Origin: Candidatus Gemmiger faecavium
GTDB taxonomy: Bacteria > Bacillota > Clostridia > Oscillospirales > Ruminococcaceae
Assembly: GCA_019114415.1 (NCBI GenBank)
Contig: DXFO01000022.1
Coordinates: 12,470 to 76,469, forward strand
Length of the DNA: 64,000 bases
Direction of reading: 5' to 3'
Shown: piece by piece, positions 42,103 to 53,593 of the stretch
Numbering within the stretch: position 1 is the stretch's first letter
Layout: every line of letters begins with the position of its first letter
Notes under the pieces: generated by a model
The model's input: the letters and a program-made list of their open reading frames with translations, nothing else
The model's database searches: none
Told to the model about the DNA's origin: nothing
Position numbers and translations under genes: made by a program

Positions 42103-43546
42103 AGAATTGTTTCACTCCTTTCTTGCGTGCAAGAACGGTGTCAAATTGTCCAATGTATTCATTGGGATACTTATAATTGAAGATACGCTCGATCCTGGCG
42201 TGACGGACACCGGGCTGGACCAGCTTGGTAGAACCGCCCGCTCCCGCCGAGAGGATCGTATGTACTTCTTCCATGATGTAGATATTGTAAAGACCCTCGT
42301 ACCCGGGCTTGCACCAGCCCACATTTTCAAGATTCTGAAGTGTGCCTTTCTGGCGGTAGAGATAATACGGCCGGTAGCCCGCCTTTTCCAGCAATTCGCA
42401 GTGGGAAAGCATCCTTGCCACATCATCGTATGCATCGGGGCGGTGTTCAACCACAAGATTGGATGCCCGTTTGAGGGTCAGCGTATGGACCGTGATGTTT
42501 TCCGGTTCCAGGGAGATGGCCGTCTCCAGGCTCTTGCGGAAGCCTTCCACCGTATCCCCCGGAAGCCCTGCGATCAGGTCCATGTTGATGTTGTCATGGC
42601 CCGCCGCCCGTGCTTCGGCAAAGCAGTCCAGAATATCCTGGGCGCTGTGACGGCGGCCGATATTTTTGAGCACCTGGTCGGAGAACGTCTGAGGATTGAT
42701 GGAAATGCGCGTGGCACCGTATTCTTTCAGAACCCGCAGTTTTTCCGCATCGGTACAGTCGGGGCGCCCCGCCTCCACCGTGTACTCGCTCAGGCTCTTG
42801 AGATCAAACAGCTCTGCCAGACAGCCCATAAGCTGCCGGAGCTGCTCTGCCGAAAGGCTGGTGGGCGTACCGCCGCCAATATACAGCGTCTTGAGGTTAA
42901 GCCCGCAGTCATCCGCAACATCGCGCATGGCTTCCAGTTCTCTGCAAAGGCAGTCCACGTAGGGCTGAACCAGCGCCTGCGTTGCCTTGTCTCCCACGGT
43001 GCGGGACACAAAGCTGCAATAGCTGCAGCGGGACGGACAAAAGGGAATGCCCGCATAGAGACTGTAATCCATGGGCTTTGCCTGGGCCAGAATCGGGCGC
43101 TGGACTTCCGCAATGCGCAGTGCGGTGTCAAAGCGTTCGGGCGTGCATTCAAAGTGGTCGACAAACCGCTGGCGGATCTCCTCTTCGGAGGCGCCCGCCG
43201 CCCGCATATCATGGATGATCCGGACCGGGCGAACCCCCGTCATCATTCCCCACGGAGGACGAATCCCCGTCTGCTCCTGCAGGAAATGATAGACCAGACG
43301 GCACAGAGCATATTCCCGGTCGGCGGGTGTCTCCTGCGGGGATGCCGGGCAGGCTGCCCAGCGTGCTTCGCCATCGAGACGCAGGTAGACCATCTGTGCG
43401 TGCGCCTTGGATAAAATCAGGAGGCAGTCCCCCTCCCCAGGGATTGTCTCAGCACGCTGCAGGCTCGAAAAGAACATCCGGGCCGTATGTTCCGCCTCAT
43501 ATCCGGCCATGCCGTTGAGGATCAGACTGATCGGTTCCTTTGCCAT
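42056..43546 (-). CDS. hemZ: Radical SAM HemN-like protein HemZ
   Basis: 'PWGMMTGVRP', CxxxCxxC 'CPSRCSYCSF', 'YIGGGTPT', 'EAGRPD', 'YLYRQK'. Confidence 0.9.
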   Translation of the reverse strand: MAKEPISLILNGMAGYEAEHTARMFFSSLQRAETIPGEGDCLLILSKAHAQMVYLRLDGEARWAACPASPQETPADREYALCRLVYHFLQEQTGIRPPWGMMTGVRPVRIIHDMRAAGASEEEIRQRFVDHFECTPERFDTALRIAEVQRPILAQAKPMDYSLYAGIPFCPSRCSYCSFVSRTVGDKATQALVQPYVDCLCRELEAMRDVADDCGLNLKTLYIGGGTPTSLSAEQLRQLMGCLAELFDLKSLSEYTVEAGRPDCTDAEKLRVLKEYGATRISINPQTFSDQVLKNIGRRHSAQDILDCFAEARAAGHDNINMDLIAGLPGDTVEGFRKSLETAISLEPENITVHTLTLKRASNLVVEHRPDAYDDVARMLSHCELLEKAGYRPYYLYRQKGTLQNLENVGWCKPGYEGLYNIYIMEEVHTILSAGAGGSTKLVQPGVRHARIERIFNYKYPNEYIGQFDTVLARKKGVKQFYADFAGPDSEASHQQ

Positions 43547-43549
43547 TGC

Positions 43550-44149
43550 TCAGTACCACTCTCCCAAAAGATACGGATTTTGCCGGCGCTCTTCCCCCAG
43601 CGTGGAGAAGTACTCATGTCCGGGCATGACTTTGGTCTCTCCGGGCAGAGGCAGCTTTGCCAGCATGGAAAGGCTGCGGCGCATTTCCGCGGCACTGCCG
43701 CCCGGCAGGTCCACACGTCCGCAGCTGCCCGCAAAGAGGGTATCGCCGCTGAACAGCACGCCGTCGCAATACAGGCAGACGCTTCCCGGCGTATGGCCCG
43801 GCGTATGCCAGATACGAAATTCCAGCTCATCAATGCGCAGGATGCCGTCCTCGGGATAAGCCTTTCCTATGCGGGGCAGCGGGAACATGGGCGGCTTTGC
43901 AGTATCCACAGGTTCCACGTATACCGCTGCGCCGGTCTGCTTTTCCAGCTCCACCACCGCGCCTACATGATCGTAATGACCATGGGTCAGAAGAATATGG
44001 GTCAGCTGGGCGCCCTCCTGCTTCAGGCGGCGGAGATATACCTCCGGGTCGGCGGCAGGATCGATGACGATGCCATGGCCCGCCTGGGTCAGAATCAGGA
44101 ATGTATTGGTGAAAAGCGGCGCGGAGGCCGTAATGTGAATGAGATTCAT
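43550..44149 (-). CDS. MBL-fold metallo-hydrolase (glyoxalase II-like)
   Basis: 'THGHYDH', 'PGHTPGS', 'SGDTLF', 'PGHE'. Confidence 0.92.
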   Translation of the reverse strand: MNLIHITASAPLFTNTFLILTQAGHGIVIDPAADPEVYLRRLKQEGAQLTHILLTHGHYDHVGAVVELEKQTGAAVYVEPVDTAKPPMFPLPRIGKAYPEDGILRIDELEFRIWHTPGHTPGSVCLYCDGVLFSGDTLFAGSCGRVDLPGGSAAEMRRSLSMLAKLPLPGETKVMPGHEYFSTLGEERRQNPYLLGEWY

Positions 44150-44183
44150 AAAAGTGTTCCTTTCCCCGCTGCTGCGGACCAGG

Positions 44184-44639
44184 TTATCGGTTCCAGTCGT
44201 CGGTATCGATCCAGATCGTTACCGGGCCGTCATTAACAAGATCGACCTGCATATCCGCCCCGAACTCTCCATGTTCCACTGCGGCCAGCCCCTGTGCGGA
44301 CATCTCTTTCAGAAATGCCTCATAGGCATCCACCGACAACGGCGGTTTTGCCGCACGGATAAAGCTGGGACGGCGGCCCCGGGCGGTATCTCCGTAAAGG
44401 GTAAAATTGCTCACCACCAGCGCCGAATATCCCAGCTCCGCCGCGCTGCGGTTGAGTTTGCCCTGCTCATCCTCAAAGATGCGCAGATGCGCACATTTTT
44501 CGGCCAGTTTAGGGACAATGTCAAGAGTGTCGGTGTCCCCGACGCCCAGCAAAATCACAACGCCTCTGCCGATGGTGCGGGGTTCTCCCCCGTTCACCGT
44601 CACAGATGCGCGGGAGACCCGCTGAATTACCGCTCTCAT
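44184..44639 (-). CDS. dtd: D-aminoacyl-tRNA deacylase
   Basis: 'MRAVIQRV', 'SNFTLYGD', 'FGADMQVDLVNDGPVT'. Confidence 0.96.
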   Translation of the reverse strand: MRAVIQRVSRASVTVNGGEPRTIGRGVVILLGVGDTDTLDIVPKLAEKCAHLRIFEDEQGKLNRSAAELGYSALVVSNFTLYGDTARGRRPSFIRAAKPPLSVDAYEAFLKEMSAQGLAAVEHGEFGADMQVDLVNDGPVTIWIDTDDWNR

Positions 44640-44668
44640 AAAAACCTCCATCCGTACCGTGCCGCGGT

Positions 44669-46402
44669 TCAGGCCGCAGGCACCGGCACAAGGAAATAAC
44701 AGGAATCTGTCACAAACAGCGAAACGCCGGGATCTTCCGCGAAGATCTGCTGCCAGCGGTTGTACTGGGACTCATCCGTGGTAACGTAGACTGTGGACGG
44801 ATCATATTGACCGCCGTCCAGCAGTTCCCCGGCATCCAGCGCGGACTGTTCCGCCTGAGGATAGCTGCCGGATACCGCAATGGAAATATTGGTTGCAAGC
44901 CCCTGCTTGCCCGCCAGGATCGCCAGACGGCGGGTCCGGTCCTCCCTCAGCAGAGATGCAGCAAGCAGACTGCTGTGTCCGCTGCCCAGGGTTTGTGTCT
45001 GTTCGGCGTTGACCACAGTCGCTTCCACCGGCTGTTCAAAGATCTGCCGCTTTTGCTGCGCCACAGCCGAAAGATCCCACAGCTGCACTGCTGCCACCAC
45101 GGCAAGCAGAACGCACGCCAGAACCCGCCCCCGCCTGGAATTGCCGCAGGCATCCCGGACGACGTACACACCGAACAGCACGATGCAGGCCCCCACCAGA
45201 TAGAACATCCGGCCGCTGGAACGGAAGATACCGCACAGTTCGGTCAGTGCCTGCGGAATGGGAATGCTGATTTGCCAGCTTCCCAGCGTCAGGTTATTGC
45301 TTGCCGCAAACAGCGTCAGGAACGCACACGCTACTACAAGGGGGAGATTGCGCCGCCACCATTGGGCCGTCTGCCGGGGCGAGCGCACCGTGCGCCAAAG
45401 GCTGTACAGCAGTGCTGCGACCGCCAGTACCAGCACGCCCAACCCCAGATAATTGAAGCCGTCATACTGTCCCGGATACTGATGCTGCTGGGGCAGAAGT
45501 TTTGACCATGTATATCCGCCGCGGGAACTGGGGTTCAAAACGGCGTTGAGGTTCATGGACAGTTCTCCATAGCCATGGCGGGAGACATCTACCCCGCTGC
45601 CAAGCGCGCCGGTGATCACGCCGCCCGCCACCGCGGCCGCAAGGCTCAGACCGAAAAGCCCTGCCCCCGCAAGCCGCTTGTGCGCGATGCGTGCCAGATC
45701 GACAGCCGCCAGAAGGCTGCACATCATGACCGGCGGCAGGAAATAGGGATGGATTCCCACCGCGGTAAACCCCAGCAGCGGGAAAATCACCCAGGCATAC
45801 CGGGGATGCTTGCCATCCCGCAGAGCGGTGCGGTATTCCAGATAAAAGTAAAGGGCAAAAAGGAACAGATACTGCGACGCCAGTGCCACATGCCGGAAAG
45901 CCCGTTCCCACAGGGTCGGCAGGCAGGCAAACAGCAGTCCTCCCAACGCCGCAAAGACGGGCGCCGCACGGGATGCCAGCATTTTGCCCCGGGTACACAG
46001 CAGCGCACCTGCTGCGCCCTGCATGGCAAAGCAGAACAGCGTATACCAGCCGAACCACTGAAAAGTGGAGGGCAGGATCCCGCGCAGCAGCTTCAGACCG
46101 ATGCTCACCCACGGAAGGCTGTCCGTGTAAGAGATCATGGTTCCGTCGGGCGCTGCCAGGGTATCGCACATTCCCAGCGGGAAGGTCCAGTGGGAATTGC
46201 GGAACAGCAGCCAGCCGGCATAGTGCTGCTGGATGTCCGTCTCATCGTATCCGTTGAGGATCCATCCGTCGTTGGCCACGTCCAAAGTGACCGTGCCGTA
46301 CAGCATCAAAAATACCGCGATCCCGGCAGCTGCGCCAAGCAGCGCGCACGCCACCCGGCCAAGCACGATATTTCGATGTTTTCGCATACAGTTTCGCTCC
46401 AT
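44669..46402 (-). CDS. DUF6311-type multi-pass membrane protein (putative GT-C glycosyltransferase), paralog 2
   Basis: Same motif series as 2404-4392: DIQQHYAGW, YTDSLP, FQWFG, ERAFRH, IHPYF, NLNA, YLGLG, FRSSGR. Confidence 0.75.
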   Translation of the reverse strand: MERNCMRKHRNIVLGRVACALLGAAAGIAVFLMLYGTVTLDVANDGWILNGYDETDIQQHYAGWLLFRNSHWTFPLGMCDTLAAPDGTMISYTDSLPWVSIGLKLLRGILPSTFQWFGWYTLFCFAMQGAAGALLCTRGKMLASRAAPVFAALGGLLFACLPTLWERAFRHVALASQYLFLFALYFYLEYRTALRDGKHPRYAWVIFPLLGFTAVGIHPYFLPPVMMCSLLAAVDLARIAHKRLAGAGLFGLSLAAAVAGGVITGALGSGVDVSRHGYGELSMNLNAVLNPSSRGGYTWSKLLPQQHQYPGQYDGFNYLGLGVLVLAVAALLYSLWRTVRSPRQTAQWWRRNLPLVVACAFLTLFAASNNLTLGSWQISIPIPQALTELCGIFRSSGRMFYLVGACIVLFGVYVVRDACGNSRRGRVLACVLLAVVAAVQLWDLSAVAQQKRQIFEQPVEATVVNAEQTQTLGSGHSSLLAASLLREDRTRRLAILAGKQGLATNISIAVSGSYPQAEQSALDAGELLDGGQYDPSTVYVTTDESQYNRWQQIFAEDPGVSLFVTDSCYFLVPVPAA

Positions 46403-48571
<2,169 letters not shown>

Positions 48572-48592
48572 CTTCCTTCCTCCCCTGTCCGC

Positions 48593-50659
48593 TTATTTTT
48601 CCTGTGCCGCATCGGCCAGCTCCGTCCCCGCTTCCGCCATGCGGCGCAGGATCGGAGCACTCATAAGATCCCGTTTTCCATCTACTGCCGCCGGAAGATA
48701 CCGGGCTCCGCGGCGTTCCACAAGCCCGAGTTCCCGCAGGGCCTCCAGGCTGACAAGCAGTTTGCCCGCCTTATCACTGCCTAAGGCTGCAAAGACAGGC
48801 TGCAGATCCTCGGCATATACATTTCCCGCCTGGATCATTCGGTACAAGGTCACCGTGTCAGTCCTCGCGGGCAGGAACTCCTGTGCCTGTTCTTTTGTCA
48901 GGGCTCGTCCGGACAAAAAGTCCTCCAGCTGCACCGCCTGCCGGACCGGGCCATCGTCCAGGCCCGCGGGACGCAGCGCCCGGATATGCACCGACACCGC
49001 CGGCCCGCTTCGGCCCGCATAAATTCCGGCCTCCACCGCGGCATCCACCACGGTTCCCACACGGTAAGGCAGATCTTCCGGGGCCGTCCCGAACAAAGAG
49101 GCAAAACAGCAATCTGCCCCCTGCCGCAGACGAATGCGGCTATGGCGTTTCTCAGCGCCCATGGGCCAGACGCCGTCCACCACCGCCCCCTGGATCAGGA
49201 ACAGCGGCTGGTGATTTCCGCCGCCAAACGGAGCCAGTTTTTCAAGCTGCACAACTTCCTGTACGGTAAGTTCCGCAACCGCCGCCGGGGCATCCAGTTC
49301 CAGGACCGGAGGCTGTGCTTCCGGGTATGTCTGCACCGCCCAACGGTTGATCGCCTGCCGGAAAGCCGGCAGATTTTCTTCGTCAATGGTCAGGCCTGCC
49401 GCAGCCGCGTGACCGCCGTAGCGGCTCAGCAGGCTGGCACAGCCCTGTAATGCACCGTGGAGATTGAAGCTGCGCGGCGCACGTCCGCTGCCCCGGCCTT
49501 CTCCATCGGCAAGGGAGATCACAATGGACGGGCGTCCAAAGCGTTCCGTCAGGCGGCTGGCCACAATGCCCAGCACACCGGGATGCCAGTTTTCCCCCGC
49601 CACAACGATCACACGGTCATGGGCCCGGGAAGGCTCCGCGTCAAGCTGACTGAGAGCCGCCGCCAGAACTTCCTGCTCGGTATGCTGGCGCTGGGTGTTG
49701 ATCTCCGTCAGGCGGGCAGCAATACCGGTAGCCTGCTCCTCATTGCCGCACAGCAGCAGTTTGAGGGCGATGGCCGCGGTATCCATCCGTCCCGCCGCAT
49801 TGAGCCGCGGCGCAATGCTATACCCCACCGTCTCGGCGGTGACCGCCTTGCCTGCACAGCCCGAAGCCTCCAACAGTGCGGCCAGACCGGGGCGGACGGT
49901 ATCCTGAAGCAGGCCCAGGCCTTCCCGGACAAGGGTCCGGTTTTCCCCCACCAGCGGTACAACGTCCGCGATGGTTCCGATAGCCGCCAGATCTCCGCAG
50001 ACATCCAGAAGCTCGTCGGGGTCACATTCTTCCATAGCGGCACAGAGCTTGAACGCCACCCCGGCACCGCACAGAAACTTGAACGGGCTTTCATCGTCGG
50101 GACGATTGGGATCCACGACGGCCACCGCCTCGGGAAGTTCTCCCGACGGCAGATGGTGGTCGGTGATCACCAGATCGATGCCCAGCTCTTTTGCATAGGC
50201 GGCTTCCTCCACCGCCGCAATGCCGTTATCCACCGTAACGATGAGCTTGAAACCTTTATCCGCCAGCTTTTTCAGCGCCGTACGGTTGAGGCCGTAGCCC
50301 CCCTCCGTGCGCAGCGGCAGTTTGCACCGGACCTGCGCGCCCAGGTTTGTAAGGTATTCATACAAAAGCGCGGTGGCTGACACACCGTCCACGTCATAGT
50401 CGCCGTAAATAACAATGGGTTCTTCCTCCGCAAGCGCACGGCGCAGACGTTCCACGGCCTTGTCCATATCCTTGATGAGATACGGATCGGACAGCGGTGC
50501 TGTTTCATCCAGCAAAGCCTGGGCCTGCTCCGGCGTGCGGCATCCGCGGGAGACAAGCACCCTCGACAGCAGCCGGCCGCAGCCCGCTGCCGCCAGTTCC
50601 TGTTCCGCCTGAGCGTCCTGCTCCTTTTGCTGCCAGACGCGATATCCCATGTTCCTCAT
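48593..50659 (-). CDS. recJ: Single-stranded-DNA-specific exonuclease RecJ
   Basis: 'IYGDYDVDG', 'TVDNG', DHH 'ITDHH', 'PRLNAAGR', 'YGGHAAAAG'. Confidence 0.96.
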   Translation of the reverse strand: MRNMGYRVWQQKEQDAQAEQELAAAGCGRLLSRVLVSRGCRTPEQAQALLDETAPLSDPYLIKDMDKAVERLRRALAEEEPIVIYGDYDVDGVSATALLYEYLTNLGAQVRCKLPLRTEGGYGLNRTALKKLADKGFKLIVTVDNGIAAVEEAAYAKELGIDLVITDHHLPSGELPEAVAVVDPNRPDDESPFKFLCGAGVAFKLCAAMEECDPDELLDVCGDLAAIGTIADVVPLVGENRTLVREGLGLLQDTVRPGLAALLEASGCAGKAVTAETVGYSIAPRLNAAGRMDTAAIALKLLLCGNEEQATGIAARLTEINTQRQHTEQEVLAAALSQLDAEPSRAHDRVIVVAGENWHPGVLGIVASRLTERFGRPSIVISLADGEGRGSGRAPRSFNLHGALQGCASLLSRYGGHAAAAGLTIDEENLPAFRQAINRWAVQTYPEAQPPVLELDAPAAVAELTVQEVVQLEKLAPFGGGNHQPLFLIQGAVVDGVWPMGAEKRHSRIRLRQGADCCFASLFGTAPEDLPYRVGTVVDAAVEAGIYAGRSGPAVSVHIRALRPAGLDDGPVRQAVQLEDFLSGRALTKEQAQEFLPARTDTVTLYRMIQAGNVYAEDLQPVFAALGSDKAGKLLVSLEALRELGLVERRGARYLPAAVDGKRDLMSAPILRRMAEAGTELADAAQEK

Positions 50660-50701
50660 TCCTTCCTGTTTCGGTGGGCAAATTCGGGCAACGCCCCCGC
50701 T

Positions 50702-51901
50702 TTACCCCTGCGCGCCGAAATCACTGGCGAAATCATGGGTCAGGCCATCCTGACGGAGCATGGTTTCCAGTGTATCGATCTCGGTGGAAACGTCCATGGA
50801 CACTTCCTCAAGCAGTGTATCGTACAATTTGACGTAAGCCATATTGAGCGTGTGCAAAATACCGGTAATGTCCCGCCGGATCGCCTTTGCGTTTTCCGAT
50901 TCCGTTGCGCTGAGCCCCAGAGCGGTATCCAGCAGCTTGCGTGTGGTGGGCAGATAATACTCCGAAAAGCGCCGCACCCGGTCCAGCTGATCCGGATGGT
51001 TATGAATGAAACCGAGAATCTGTGCACAGGTCTTTTCCATCTGCACAAGCTCCTCGTCGGCCGCAGGGTCCAGTTTTCCCTGGCACTTGCCAAGGTAGCT
51101 CAAAAACTCCGCGCCGTCTTTCTCAAACAGTTCCAGCGGGGTCAGGGCCGGCTGGGAGCCCTGTTCCGTTTTTATTTCTGGCTCCGAAGAAGATTCCTGC
51201 TGCGGGGTGTAGAGCTGTTCTTTGAAATAGATGGTGTTTCCGTCGTCACTCAGGCAGACACCCGGCAGCTTACCGTTTGCGATTGCCATAGCCAGCTCTT
51301 TTCGTACCGTGTTAACGTCCCCAAGTGCCGCGCGGGCCAGCGCAGGAACGGAACAGACCCAGTCCCGCGCCCCGTGAATGTAGCGGCGCAATCTGCCGTA
51401 GTAGCGATAACGGCTGACACCAATTCCGCCCATAATACCAAATCCGACCGTGAATACGGAAAACATCGCTCCAAGTAGAGGAAATGTCAGGAAATCGCCT
51501 TCCGGGATACCGAGCGGCGCCGCTCCCACCGCTGTCAGCGTCAGCATCACCAATGCAGCAATACCAAAGCTTGCAGCAAAGAACCATCCTCCAACCGCGG
51601 CTCCTAGCCAGCCTGACTGTTCAGACTTTTGCAAACGGCGGTCCATCGCGCTGCGCCACTGAGCAAACGTCTGCTCTTTCTGCTTGCCGCGGCGGCCCAG
51701 CCCATTGCCGAGTTCCCCCAGAACATCCGAGAGACTGCGCAGGACTGTGGATCCGATCTCTTCTCCGGCGGACACGATGTCCTGCACCGCCGTTTCGAGA
51801 TCATGTTCCCAGTCGCCGCCCTGACGGCCCGAGCCGGTTGTCTCCCCATTGCGGGGCGGCTCCTGTCCTCCGTTTTCCCTGTAAGGGTGGCCGTATGGCA
51901 T
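50702..51901 (-). CDS. 5-bromo-4-chloroindolyl phosphate hydrolysis (XpaC-like) family membrane protein
   Basis: Two N-terminal TM segments; C-terminal 'RRFSEYYLPTTRKLLDT...DVSTEIDTLETMLRQDGL'. Confidence 0.75.
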   Translation of the reverse strand: MPYGHPYRENGGQEPPRNGETTGSGRQGGDWEHDLETAVQDIVSAGEEIGSTVLRSLSDVLGELGNGLGRRGKQKEQTFAQWRSAMDRRLQKSEQSGWLGAAVGGWFFAASFGIAALVMLTLTAVGAAPLGIPEGDFLTFPLLGAMFSVFTVGFGIMGGIGVSRYRYYGRLRRYIHGARDWVCSVPALARAALGDVNTVRKELAMAIANGKLPGVCLSDDGNTIYFKEQLYTPQQESSSEPEIKTEQGSQPALTPLELFEKDGAEFLSYLGKCQGKLDPAADEELVQMEKTCAQILGFIHNHPDQLDRVRRFSEYYLPTTRKLLDTALGLSATESENAKAIRRDITGILHTLNMAYVKLYDTLLEEVSMDVSTEIDTLETMLRQDGLTHDFASDFGAQG

Positions 51902-51955
51902 AGTATATACACTTCCCTCTTTCTGCAAACTCTGCGTCGTTGTTTTGGGTCAACC

Positions 51956-53551
51956 TCAACCGCCAGACGGCGTATTGCGGGACATCAGCTGTGCGGCACA
52001 GCGCACACCGTCCACCGCCGCTGTCATGATGCCGCCTGCATATCCAGCGCCTTCTCCGCAGGGATACAGCCCCGGCATGCCGAGGCACTGCAAGTCATCG
52101 CCCCGCAGCAGGCGGACCGGGCTGGAGGTTCGGGTCTCAAAGCCCGTCAGTACCGCATCCGGTGCGCGGTATGCGGCCATTTTTCTGCCAAAGGCCCGGA
52201 GCCCGTCCCTCAATGCGCCCGAAAGTTCATCGGGCAGAAGGCTGCCCAGATCCTGCGGGACAATGCCGCGGGGATAGGTGGGCTGCACCGATGCCAGTTC
52301 CAGGGCACCGCAGCCTTCCAAAAAGCTGCCGACCGTCTCTGCCGGAGCGGCATACGGGGCCTGATGCTCCCCTGCCAGGTAGGCTGCCCGTTCCAGTTTG
52401 CGCTGGAACTGCACCGCTTTGACCGGGTCCCCGTCAAAATCACGGCCGTCCACGCTGACGACCACCGCCGCATTGGCATTGGGGCCGCTGCGTGCGTGGT
52501 AGCTCATGCCGTTTGTCACGACGCCGCCTTCCTCGCTGGCAGCAGCCACGACCCGGCCGCCCGGACACATACAGAAGGTGTAAACACAGCGGTCTCCCAC
52601 ATGCTGGCTGAGCTGGTATTCACCGCGAGGCAATGCCGGGTGTCCCGCCGCGGCATGGTACAGGCTCTTTTCGATCTCGGATTGCAGGTGCTCCACACGC
52701 ATGCCCACCGAGAACGGTTTGCATTCCATGGGCAGTTCCATGCCGTGCAGCATGGAAAAAGTATCCCGTGCGCTGTGTCCCACCGCCAGAATAAGCGTGT
52801 CGCAGGGGATTTCCCCGTCGGGCGTTACCGCCGCGGACAGCTTTCCGTTTTGGGTGCGCAGACCGGTGAGAGGCGTCTCAAAGCGGACCGTGCCGCCCAG
52901 GCGTTCGATCTCCCGCCGGATGGATGTAATTACCCCCTGCAGAAGATCCGTACCCACATGGGGTTTCTGACGCCAGGCAATATCCTGGGGTGCACCGTGT
53001 TCCAGCAGCGCCTGAGTGACAAAGGCGCAGAGCGGGTCTCCCACGCGGGTGGTCAGCTTTCCGTCGGAAAAGGTTCCGGCGCCGCCTTCCCCGAACTGAA
53101 GGTTCGCATTGGGGTCAAGAATACCGGTCTTTTCAAAGTGTTCCACCGCCTGAACGCGCTTGTCCAGTGCAGGGCCGCGCTCCAGTACGATGGGGCGGTA
53201 TCCGTTGCGGGCAAGAAGCAGGGCTGCAAACAACCCTGCCGGTCCCAAGCCGCAGACAATCGGGCGATGCGCAAGGGGTGTCCCCCCTGTCTGGAAAGAA
53301 AAAACCGGTTTGCGGGAAATACAGACATAGGGCGAGGCCCCGGCAAAAGCCGATTCCTCACCCTCGTCCTTGAGTGTGACTGCGATCGTATATACCAGAA
53401 CCGGAGCACCTCTGCGGGCGTCCACCGACAGTTTGGCGACGCCGCAGTGTGCCACCCGGCCCGGAGCCAGGCGCAGCATTTTGAGCGCCTTGGCTCCGGC
53501 TTCCTGCTCGCCGCAGGACAGCGGCAGGCGGATGTTTCTGACTAGGATCAT
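51956..53551 (-). CDS. FAD/NAD(P)-dependent oxidoreductase (conserved, function unassigned)
   Basis: GxGxxG 'CGLGPAGLFAA', 'FGEGGAGTFSDGKL', 'YTFCMCPGG', 'ETRTSSPVR', 'GEGAGYAGGI'. Confidence 0.88.
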   Translation of the reverse strand: MILVRNIRLPLSCGEQEAGAKALKMLRLAPGRVAHCGVAKLSVDARRGAPVLVYTIAVTLKDEGEESAFAGASPYVCISRKPVFSFQTGGTPLAHRPIVCGLGPAGLFAALLLARNGYRPIVLERGPALDKRVQAVEHFEKTGILDPNANLQFGEGGAGTFSDGKLTTRVGDPLCAFVTQALLEHGAPQDIAWRQKPHVGTDLLQGVITSIRREIERLGGTVRFETPLTGLRTQNGKLSAAVTPDGEIPCDTLILAVGHSARDTFSMLHGMELPMECKPFSVGMRVEHLQSEIEKSLYHAAAGHPALPRGEYQLSQHVGDRCVYTFCMCPGGRVVAAASEEGGVVTNGMSYHARSGPNANAAVVVSVDGRDFDGDPVKAVQFQRKLERAAYLAGEHQAPYAAPAETVGSFLEGCGALELASVQPTYPRGIVPQDLGSLLPDELSGALRDGLRAFGRKMAAYRAPDAVLTGFETRTSSPVRLLRGDDLQCLGMPGLYPCGEGAGYAGGIMTAAVDGVRCAAQLMSRNTPSGG

Positions 53552-53593
53552 ACTTTGTGTTATAGCTCCCCCTTACAGCAGGTTGACTCTTGA

